From assembly GCF_000150275.1 (NCBI RefSeq), contig NW_002060947.1, forward strand, positions 6,649,648 to 6,713,647: a stretch of 64,000 nt of DNA, in the 5' to 3' direction. Position numbers and translations under genes: made by a program. A model generated the notes under the pieces. That model was not told where the DNA came from, did no database searches, and saw nothing but the letters and a program-made list of their open reading frames with translations. Positions 52,299-64,000 of this stretch are shown here, piece after piece. Every line of letters begins with the position of its first letter. Position 1 is the first letter of the stretch. This stretch comes from Trichoplax adhaerens (Eukaryota; Animalia; Placozoa).

Positions 52299-55200
52299 AT
52301 GACAAAAATAAAGAAGATCCATACCATGTCTGATAATGCCAATAATGATCAAGAAGAAGAAACAACTATGTGTTATCGGCCCTTTAAAAAGAGAATTACT
52401 GATCATTCTAGCAGCTTCAATTCAGTACCTGGCAGAGCTTGTCAAAGAAAAACTTCTAATATTGGTGTAGGATCATCAGTAAGCTTAAACTTAGCCATGG
52501 TTAAAATGAGCGGAATTGACGTATATGATGTAAGTCTAGCTGCTCAGACATACTCTAATATGGAATACTGACATTAAAACTAACTTGATATATAGCGGTT
52601 ATTTTAAATTGAAAGGAGTATAAGGCTTGTCAAAGTTATACAAGTATGCTTTTGTAATATTATTTATTGGACAATCAAATTTTGGGAAATTTTACTTCCA
52701 ATTGTCCCAAATGGAAGGATTGCCAAATATCCGTAAGATCTTCACCTCTGTATCAAATTAGAGATGCTATGGATTCGAATATTGAATAGTTCTAATTTCA
52801 GTTAAGATAACCATAGATGAAGTATGAGATGGATATTGTGGCACAACAAGATCTTCATTTCTCATAATATTGGGGATCTATTCATTCAGATATTGAAGTG
52901 TTTTAATTCTAGTTCAGATAAATGTAGATGAAGTATGAGATAGTTATTGTGGTACGAAAATACTTCATCTCTGTGTAATGTTGGAGATGCAAGTGATTCA
53001 AATATTGAGTAGCTTTAATTTTAGTTTAGATTACCATAGATGAAGTGTGAAAGGGATTGTGCCGTTACAATGCAATCATCATAACGATGTCTTTAGTATT
53101 TCTGCATTAGAAATGTTGTTATGCTAGCCTTTAATTTCTCTTGCAATAATATGAGAATTTTAAATCAACACTCTCTTTAGAATAGCATATATTAGGACCT
53201 ATTCCATTAGATATTAAATGAATGCAGTCGACTGGAAATTGCCTATAATCAGGCAACAGTCCAAGTTAGTTGAATCATGATTTGTGATTTCAATCCATGC
53301 TTTGCCATCTTCACTATCCATCAGTAAATGGTTTGGTTGCAGGATTTTAATTACTTTTATTAATAAATCGACATTCAAAACTTCTTGACGGGCAATAGTA
53401 TGATTTCTGTAGATGGTTAGGTCACGAAAATTAATGCTCAGGAACATATAATTAATTATCATAATAATTTTATTTTAGCAACGTTTACTACTTTAATAAT
53501 TTCTATTGACGAGAACCCAAATTAAAAAAGCCGGTCCTATATTTTTTTTCGATACGGTATATAGGCAGCAATAAAGGGGAACTTAAAAGACTTGAACCGG
53601 GCATTCAAGTCAAGATTTTATTTGGATAGAATCAATTATCCAGACGAAAATGGCTTAACTCTTATGCATCATGCAGCCATCCATGATCAAGGTGAAATTG
53701 TCAACAGCCTAATAAATCACGGAGCAGGTATTCGTTATTACTATTTATTAACAGTATAATTAACTTCTAGCTTTCAAGAACTATCCTATCATGATAAATC
53801 AAGATATCATGAATTACAATTAATCGAAAAATGGCAGATAATAATGATGGCGATAGTTTATTTTGCACAATTATAAGACAGCAACATATGCATATGCCAT
53901 GCCCATAAAAATCGATACTGATGCATACTACCTACAATAATATAGCTATTGATATCAGCATTGAAAATGCCGACGAAACAGCATTGCATTTAGCTGCAAA
54001 GTATAATGCATGTGTAGCAATCAAAGCCCTAGTACAAAACGGTGCTATGCTTGATGTTGTTGATAGCAATGCCAGAATGCCTTTGCATTATGCCTGCAAA
54101 TATGGCTGCAATGAAGCTGTCAAGGTGATTTTTAATTTAACATAGCAAGGTAGCCTATCCCTTTTCGATTTTCCGTAATCGTAAGTACCCTCTAATTAAA
54201 AAGAAATAGTCAAGTAATGAGAAATTGAACTACTGCTTTTATAGACAATTTTATTTGAAGCCGATCTCATTAAAGCAACGGAAACTATAATTAACGCCTA
54301 CGACAAAGAAAGGGCAACTCCGCTGCACTTATCAGTAGTAACTTGTTCAGAAGATACTATTAATAAATTGGTAAGTAAAATTAGAGCGTATTTAAATCTT
54401 TAGATATATACTGTGGGTGAATACTTATATCTTATAAATTAAATTATGAGGTTATGGATAGGTCCTTACGAATTGTTATGAATCTCGATCCTAATTAATG
54501 TAAAAAAATAAATAGAATATCGTCTGTTATAGTAGTTTATTGCATGGATAATTATTGTATATGTCGTTGCAATAGACTCACTCATACTACGTTACTGCAC
54601 CGTTTCATCATCAGTCATGGCTCACTAACATACTCTAATCTATGTAAACTATTACAGTCGTTTACCGTATAGATAATTCATAAAGAGTATAGTAAAACAA
54701 ATTATAATTTAATTTACTATACTTATCTCCAAATATACGGAATGTGTGAATTATTGTAGACAATTGCAATTCTTTATTCAATGTTAGCTTCAATGTGGAG
54801 CCAATATTTACAGAAAAGATGCAGTTGGGCATACGCCATTGTTGTTAGCTGTGAAGCGGAGAAAGACTGAAATTATGAAGATAATTCTGGAATTCGGTAA
54901 ATGCTTAAACCATATCGAACTTGCAGAAATAAGCAGTGTCTAACTCTGAGCATGTCTTAATCAGCTAATTTACAAGGAAAAAAAGATTATGTTAGCGTTC
55001 CAAATAAATTTGGTATGACAGCAATCCATTTGTCGGTAGATTTAGGATCTATTGAGGTAAATATTATCTTATGTTTCGATATATCACAGATATTAATTTA
55101 TCAACAGTGCTATATTGTAATTGATTATTCATGCTGTTATAAGATGCTAGACAGTAAATTTTAATAAGTGCTTCACGATTCTAAAATGGAAGCAATCATG

Positions 55201-58200
55201 ATCGTTTATAATAATCATTATGTTCGCAATTTCTTTCCTCTATCAGAATACTGAACTATGTATCGCTTTTGGGGCAGATATAGAGTGTCAGACGGTAAAT
55301 ATATAAGAGATAAATTGAGCTAATTCGCTGATAGTCATCGCTAAATCTTTTCTGCTATGGAGCATTAAATGTTATAATTAGTGAAAATATGGCATATCGT
55401 TCGCAATTTTATCCGTCACCTGCACCTCTTGGTTTGATTGTTATATCATGGTCTGAAATCTTTAATATACGGTATATATACTTTGTCTTATAATTCATAT
55501 AGCCTGAGCTATTGACACCGTTACATTTGGCGGCTTTAAATGGATATTGCGAAATTGCAGAAATTTTAATCAATAAGGGTGCCAAAGTTAATGTTTCTGA
55601 TTCGAAAAACAAAACATGTTTACATTACGCTGCTTTAAGTAATAATACAAAACTAATGGATCTATTGCTAAACCACGTAAGACCACGCATAAAGCACTTT
55701 TAAATTCGATTCAAACATCCAAATCGAACACGATACGCTTACAATATTTCAAATAGGGAGCCCTGATTGAAGTTAAAGACATAAATTCTCAAACGCCATT
55801 AATGGTAGCAGCCAGCCACGATTGCGTTGTTGCATTACAGTCTCTAATACAAAGCGGTGCTAGTACTTCCGAACAAGATAAAGATGGCAAGACATGCCTC
55901 CATTTAATTGCAGAAATGGACTATAATGAGTCTGCAGTTATCATTTTAGAAGTAAGTTGCAGGCTTTTAAGTTTATAACATTAATTTTTATATGCTACGA
56001 AATAACACCTTAGAAATAACATTTAGCATAGCGGATTAGATCTCATCAATGTTCGTGATACCGCCGGATATACTCCGATATTAACAGCTGCGGTTACAGG
56101 ACGTGTTCCGGTAAGAGGACAATCCATGATTGTAGCTGCCCTTTACTATAATTTATTTTAATTGATATAGAAGATCTTTAATTGAAGAACATAAATGAAA
56201 TTAGATAGAGTAGATGCTGTAGACTAGGCTAGAAAACCTAACAAGTGTATGTTGAATAATTTATAGATTTTAAAGCATATGGTGGGACGATTTCAAGAAT
56301 TCGCCAAGCAGCATCGGGATTGCAATGGCAATAATATCTTACATTTAGCTGCAATGAACAATCATCGTGATATAGTTAAAATAATTATCGATCATATGCC
56401 CTTTATAAACGTCAATGCGCGCAATTTTCTGGAGCAAGGACCTTTACATCTAGCGTCAATGAATGGCAATAATCGAGTTATATATATTTTAATTAAACGT
56501 GGAGCTAGTGTTAATTCCAGGTAGCTTTAGCTATATCATGAAGTAGATGATAGCTCATCGCAGATTATGCATATCTACTTTATTCAGTCCCGTAGTATTA
56601 TAGACAGTCGTAATTTATACTATGTAGTTCAAAGGTGTTTGTTAAATTACTTTCTTGGTTTTATGCAGCACTGTACTAGCTACGTCTGCATCTTAGAACA
56701 TTTTATTCCTCTCTTAGGGATAATTCCGGTTGGACTTCTTTACATTATGCCTCCAGTTGCGACTCTGAGACCAGTGTCAAACTTTTACTATCTAATGAAG
56801 CAACTGTTGATGCTTTCAATGAGGCAAAGGTTATAGCTAAATAGTAGTTGCTACAATATGCAGTAGATGTTGGGATGCTTTACTCAATAGAAACTGTAGA
56901 TATGCGGGTTATCTAAAATCTACCTTATTAATTCCAAATTTGGCTATTATATGAAGCAGTTCATAGAACTTATTACTATCTTTCGTTGAGGCATATACTA
57001 CTACATCCATATACAAAATGCTACTTGAACAATTATGATATAGTTTTCTAGAAAATTATTAGGCGACAGTATAATCATACCTCTATCTCTGCTTTAATTG
57101 AATAATTTGATATTATCTAGAAAACACCATTGCTGGTTGCATGCGAGAAAGGAAATACAGAAGCAGCTAAATTATTATTAGAAAATGGCGCAGATCCATC
57201 TAACTTAAACGATAAGGGCCAAAACTGCTTAGATATTGCTTGCGAATTCCGTTACAAAGATATTGGTCTAGCTATCATTGAAACAAAATAGTAAGTTATT
57301 TTTTACAATCACATTAGTCTACTCATTTAAAATTAAGATGAAATTATAAGGAAAAATTGACATAAATCAGTCTTATGCTTTAAGCTTGATTTCATTATAT
57401 GTCTTCCATGCAACTTTACATGAAATGGTAGCTGGGAAAAGGTTATGAGTAATAGGGCATTTGATGGTTACAATCCAATGAAGCGATTAATAGAACGCCT
57501 ACCCCTTGCTGCAGAGGTGAAGATTCTATATAAAGAGTGCATTCTATATTACTACTTAATGTTACTATGAAGTACGATCCTAAGAAATAGTATAAATGAT
57601 GATTGAAACTCCCAAATACTTTCATAAATCTCAACTTTTTCAAATCAGTAGAAGATTAGATTGACACGCTTAGTTAATATGAGAAACTAAAAAGTACTCG
57701 TAAACAGCTCAATAACAACTAAAAACTTACGATAACATTGTGCATGAATGCTCTTTTCTGATGTTGTTAACTTGTATATTTATACTTAGGCTATTATGGA
57801 CAGATCAATAACTTATACTAAAAGTAATTATGGAAAAGATGAATGGAAGCAGGTAGGTAGCACTTTGAATTTACCGTAATTTGATAATTGTTGGTGCAGA
57901 AGGCTGCAATGATCACGAGTTCAACGAATCAATTCAGCCATTATTTAAATTGATTAAAATTTTCTATAAAAATTCGAGAGGAGATTATTCGAATATAATT
58001 AGTGGACAGTTTACGATATATATGGGCTTTCATTGAGTTCTTTTATTATTCTTTAGATAGACTAATGTCCATTCATTTAGATTTATAGCAGAAAATGAAT
58101 AACTTGTGATGGATGGTTCGAAGAGTCAGTGGCTACGAACTTAGTAGCCATTCACAAAAATTATGCAAGGAGTTTTAATAAAAGTGGATACTTTATTGTA

Positions 58201-61200
58201 GATAGTGACGGAGGGACAATTTGGTAGTAACCGTAGATCAGCGTGTAAGCTGTCTTGAAGTAACGTGAGGAAGTACTACACTACGACTAGTGCAACTGAC
58301 AAATATGAGGCAGAAATCATCAGTATTTATAGATTAAGAGATGGAACACATGCAGAGAACAGGATTGTAGAATTGGATGTGGCATTTACCATAAAAAGAT
58401 AGATTAATAGTAAATGATTATAGAAAACAGCGAAGGCTGTAGGTGCTATAAATAACTAAACATAACAAGCTATATTTGAGTATAGTAGAAATAGACTATA
58501 AAGCTGTCTATATTCGGTACAATACAAAATTTCTATCTATATGTAAGAATAAGCTAAAGACTACAGTGAAGTCTGATCATACCACATCACTATATATCAG
58601 GATTATGTAATTGAACAGATGATACTTTCAAGCAGCTCCTGAACTATACAAATCACATAAATACTCTAGTTTAGTAGTAGTGAACGAATTCTATTGAACT
58701 ATACTATTAATTTATCGTAAAGTTGCAATGTAATATTAGATAAACTACATTCCTTATCATGGATTCATACTCTCTGGTACAGAAACGGCTAATGAGGAGA
58801 AATTGTAGCATTATACATAGGGGCATAATTATACTGTAGCTTCGATATCTGAATAGGAAATTGCAGTCAGTACACGATAATAATCATACTTGATACACTA
58901 ATGCTCTCATATGTCGTATAATCCTAAGTATTAAATCGAATCTTTAAATACTAGTATTTTTAAATCTGTTCGAGTGTTAACATCTAATCAGACAATTTAG
59001 TCAGTATGCTGTAAGTGATTGTACGTGATAAAATTAAGATATCTAGGCGTTCTACTTGTATTTCTACTATTTAATTAATTTTAAATTAACATTAGCATTA
59101 TAAATTAATGTCTAATATTTATATTCAAATAAAATCATTTTACGTGTAAATCGTATTTTTATCATACGCATATATCGTGCACATTGCTTAAGCTTCTGTT
59201 CTTTTTAATTTAGGTTGCCTTTAAGTTTACATATCTTGAATCGCCACCCGATGATATCCATTTGCAAGATGTTAAAGATAAATACATTGCACTAGATGTA
59301 AGAATCTCTTTTATTTAAAAGGCACATCTATGTAGATTGACAAGATGATACAGGATTATATTATGTTGTAACGATATGCTGTATCTTATCGTAGCTAAGC
59401 ATAAAGAAAAAAAGCTTGACTCTGAATCATAGAATTTTGTTAATACCAAGTTATCACTTTATTATGACTAACAATCATAACGGTTTACGACGCAGACAAT
59501 AAGTTCTCTCGATCGTGTAAGGCTAATGAAACATCCCCTAATTACCGCATATGTCTACCAAAAGTGGTAATTTGTAAAATAAAAATCTTAAAATTGATCT
59601 ACTCCTTCGTATGATAATTTGTGCTAAATAATACAGAAAAAGAATATGAACACTTTATACTTTTACTGGTCATGAAAAAAACAAAATATAACCTTATATC
59701 GAATATGTATAAATTTCTAGATTAAATCGTTACTTGAAATCTTAATAAGAAATATAGATTCGCAATTATAACACATTCTTTGCAATCGTAGGAAAACAGG
59801 TCGTCGAGCTATGTATTTCGGCCAGATTTTTTTGGACATTCTTTACTTAATTGGATTTAGCATTCCTATCGCTATGAATAATGCAGATTTCTTGATTTTA
59901 GTGGGTAATACAAATGCTTCTAGTGGTTTCTACGCTAATGTGGTAAGGTTATAATATAATCCAGGTTGTTTTCTCAACAACAAATTAAACAATTATCTCT
60001 AGTTTAGCTTTTAATCGGTATTCTCAGTTAATTTATTAAATCACTGACGGACTAGTGTATTATCTTAAAATTAGTAAATTTCTAGATTACTAATATGATC
60101 TTATACTTGCTCCGTTAACCATGCTATTGGCTCTCTAGGCCAGACCAGGAGTACCAATTAGAAACATTGTCGTTTTTATTACGGCTATGATTATGCTCTC
60201 TACCATTAGCTTCTTTCTTATTGCTGGAGTAAGTATTGATCAGTACACTAAGTCTGATTTAAAACTAAAATGTAAGATTAGACTCATCTCCATAGTTATA
60301 GATTGACGTTAAATTTAAAATATGTCATGAAGGCCTTAAGTGAAAAATTTTAATCAAAAAGTATACGCGCTGAAATCATATGTTCTGTCTTATAAGATTC
60401 TGTTACTTATTCTTTTAATTATAGAGGCGAATTATTTATTATTTTCTGAAGCAATCTATGTTTGAACTGTTTATAGCAGTTCTTGGATTGCTATACGCTC
60501 TACCGTTCAATAAGCCCATCAATTATGAGAGTGTTCGGATTGGAGCATTACTTACTCTTTGCTTATTCATCAACGTCATATTTCTGTTAAGAAGGTAAGA
60601 CTAACTTAATGATCAAATAGATACGTAAGATTCTTGTGTTATGAGGAATCAGCTACTTTAAACAAGATAAACCTGCTAGAAATCTCTCGATTCATCTAGT
60701 ACAGCTAGAGTATTAAATTAAAATTTTATTATTAAAGCTATCCCACTGTACAGCTGAACAAAACTATCAGGCTATGAACGTCCTCTTATAAATATCAACT
60801 AAGCGATAACATTATTACAAATTAGATCACAGTCGATAAATCATTCCAGGAATGATATATTACAAAAATACATTTAGATAAATACTTTCTCTATAACCTC
60901 TTCTATAGACTTATAAATTGCAGAGTTTATACATAACTGAGTATGCTACTTTATTTAAATCAGAATGGATTACTATTTTATTGAGTCTACAACGTAGAAA
61001 CTGTATTAAAATAACTAACGGAAATCTTATATCTTAATACAGATAGCTATAATAGTAAGTTTCAGATACTGTACTGTAATGACCGAGTTATATTTTCCTG
61101 CTGTTACTGTTGGTTTGCCTACGTAACCCAAAATTTGAATCCGTACAAGTGTACCGTCTCATCCTATTAGCTACATACTGTACTGCTACAATTAGCTGAG

Positions 61201-63400
61201 AGCATTACATGCATTCTTGCGAAATTATGTATAGTATAACATCTATAGTATTATTTGATATGCTATCAATCAGAAACACTGTTATGATTAGAATTGTGAA
61301 TTAGTCTTTAGAGTGCGAATGATTGAATGGATCGAATTCAGAGTTGTTATATTAGGCTATCATGACATACTGTAAGCCGATTATTAATGACTGTATTCTA
61401 GTTTTTCTGGATTAGGTCTGTATATTTCGATGCTTATGGCTACCATTACGACCATCATCAAAGTTTCAGTTGTCTTTTTGCTGTTACTTTTGGCATTTGC
61501 TGGAGCTTTTGCAACAATTTTACATGATGAGGTAAAGAGATCTTAACTTGCACCTATATAGGCGTATTTTATAATCATTTTTACGCTTCACTGTAAGTCT
61601 TATTGAAGTAATTAATCACGTAGCCTGAAACAAACGCTATCTTGCTCAACCGATCGCATATTGTTTTAGTATTATCCTCTAAATTTATTTAATTTTACAA
61701 ATACAGGCTACTTTCTATCAATTTGACTCTGCATTAGTTGCTGTGTTGACCATGTCTGTCGGAGAGCTTAATTATGCCAGCTCCTTGCAGCAGTTAATTA
61801 ATACTGGCAGACTTACGGGATTTAAAATAGAATTAATATTTTTTGCAGCCATGGCTATTATTGTTAATATTGCATTTGCGAATTTATTGGTAAGATTTCA
61901 GAGATTAGGAATAGTTTAAGTATCAATAAAATCAATGCAGCAGTTATCCAAGAAGAAATGAAAATACAGATAATACATTCGATTAATTAAGCTATAATGG
62001 TAATTTTCGCCGTTGCTTTTTATAAAGATAACCCACGTGAATCTGTATTTAAATTTCCTCATTATAACCGTCAATAAGGTTTATTTACGCTTATTATAAT
62101 ACAATCTGAACGTATTACAGGCTTTAATTTTAGTCTTAAGGATTACTTATTGATTTTAAAATGTTTAATCACTATCATGAATAGCCGTAAGAGTATAAAT
62201 TTTGACTTAGAAAAAAGTCATTGAATGATCTAGATATTAACCAGATGTACTACACTTTTGGAGGATATTAATTCACTTGAATAGTTGTCTAACTTCATTA
62301 AGCGTCTTAAAATTACTTAGATTGGTCTTGCCGTGGGTGATATTAACGAAGTTAGGGAAACAGCTAGTCTAAACCAAGCTAAAACTCAGAATGAGTCAAT
62401 TATTGGAGCTTATGAATCATTTCCAATGTGTCTTAAGAAGATTATGCACAGTCCAGAATTAACGATCAGAAAAGATAAAAATTCGAGTTATTTGCAAAAG
62501 GTAAAATTAACTAGGCGGTATAGATATCATTGCAAGGAAATAATTTTAATTTCTATGATCAAAATTTCAGCCTGCTTTTGTTAGCAATAGGGCGGTCAAT
62601 AGCACAAAATACGATGAAAATGATAATTGGATACTGTATAGTTACTTAATTAAGATATCGGTAATTTCTTATGCTTGTTCCCAAGTGCAAGTTATAATTA
62701 TCATCAACACAAAAATACTTGGGTACATGCTAGATCTATATTACTTACAGCTAGTTCAAAAATGTATGCACACTTTGCGTAATATTATGCAAGGAAGGCA
62801 TAGCATACCTAGGTGAAATAATCAACCGCCTAAGTTTATTAGGCAATGTTTACCTTCCCTAGGGGATATACTATTGGACCTTAAATTAAACTATATTGCC
62901 TAATATTACTAGGTTGGGTATAAAATACCTATTGTAAGATGGGTATGCCACACTTGGTTATCATACTTTGTCAGCTACATATATGAAGCATTTATGTCAT
63001 GTAATATTGAAAAAAATTTTCGAGAAAAATTTTGAAGCACACTATTCTTCTTAACACTATTTAGAAAACTTGGCATTCTTTAACCGATAATATAGCAATG
63101 ATTCAGGAGGAAAAAGATCAAGTTAATCAAGACTTTGATTGTAAAAGTTTAAAGGCTTTCGTTTTCCGACAACGAACAGAGTAAGAATTACGTTGTTGAA
63201 CACGCCGATTATATTACAATTAATGTTTGCAATTATTTTGTAGAATAAGTCAGTTAAGAGAATTGATCGAAGATATGAAGTCAGATATTAAAATTATCAG
63301 CCATTCGAATCATTTTGAAACTAATAAATTGACTAAGCAAGTCTTGCATAAGTTGCAAGCCAATGGCAATGAAACGGTTACTACCACTGTTGCTGACTGA
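52299..63400 (+). CDS. TRPA-family ankyrin-repeat cation channel, tandem copy 3 (25 exons)
   Basis: Same exon series. LMKHPLITAYVYQKW, pore LTMSVGELNY, S6 FANLLIGLAVGDINEV; stop TGA 63398-63400. No frameshift was found in the exons inspected. Confidence 0.91.
52736..53065. repeat. ~3 x ~111-bp tandem repeat in TRPA copy 3 intron 1
   Basis: tagatgaagt.tga.a...attgtg..ac..aa.at.cttca..tct...gattc.aatattga.tag..ttaattt.agtt.agat repeated three times. Confidence 0.75.
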
Positions 63401-64000
63401 AAGATTTGTACTGCTTTAACCAACATTATAAGTCAAATTTGATAGCAGCTATAAATATTTGCGAAGATACATGTATTGGTTATTTTTATGGCTAGAGGAC
63501 GGCTATTTATCAAACTACAAACGTCTACCGTTACAAAACATGAGAAGACATCTAACATGCACGGTGGAATTTATAATGGCATGAATGATATATATTAACA
63601 TATAAGTAGCTTAAAGAAAAATATATAACGAGGCTAATCTAACAATCTACATGTTTGCTACATGCATTACAAATCCAAATGTTATATTAGATAGACGATT
63701 ACAAATAAAATGATATTCGTATATATCGCCTATAAAATTAATTTGTACCTATATATAGTCAGTATGTGTTGTGCTTATAATATGTCTCAAGATGTACAGT
63801 GCACACTTTCATGTCTATTTCGCGTGTAGAAATCTCCATAGACGTGATTTAGTACCTTTACTTTAAGTACTTCCCAGTTTACTATGTATCTTACCGATCA
63901 GGCTTACTGTTGCAGTATTTTCCTTCATAACTATATAATAATTTGCTTCAAAACTATTGTATCAAAATCTCTTCCATACGCTATAGTACTGGTACTACAA

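Noticed and set aside
57289-57291. Apparent in-frame TAG in TRPA copy 3
   Set aside because: It spans the splice donor (TA/GTAAGT); splicing to ag/C gives TAC (Tyr), in the same phase as copies 1 and 2.

Overview
AT-rich, compact, intron-dense eukaryotic (early-branching animal) DNA with short GT-AG introns. The style resembles a placozoan (Trichoplax-like) genome; this is an inference and was not tested. Seven intact spliced genes were reconstructed by hand: a mitochondrial-clan cytochrome P450 (-), an IFRD1/2 homologue (+), RBM15/Spenito (+), RRP9/U3-55K (-), and three tandem ~11-kb, 25-exon TRPA-type ankyrin-repeat cation channel paralogues (+) filling 25-63.4 kb. Non-coding DNA holds CAGTA/TACTG pentamer arrays, a composite minisatellite, small tandem repeats and possible GPCR and WD40 pseudogene relics. 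Most notable: (i) TRPA copies 2 and 3 share a conserved upstream block with a full RFX X-box followed by a forkhead site, the signature of ciliary genes; (ii) all three channels lack the canonical TRPA1 electrophile-sensing cysteines and the S2 half of the Ca2+-regulatory site, which together point to a candidate lineage-specific ciliary sensory channel cluster; (iii) an out-of-frame uORF overlaps the IFRD start codon. No rRNA, tRNA or CRISPR array is supported.
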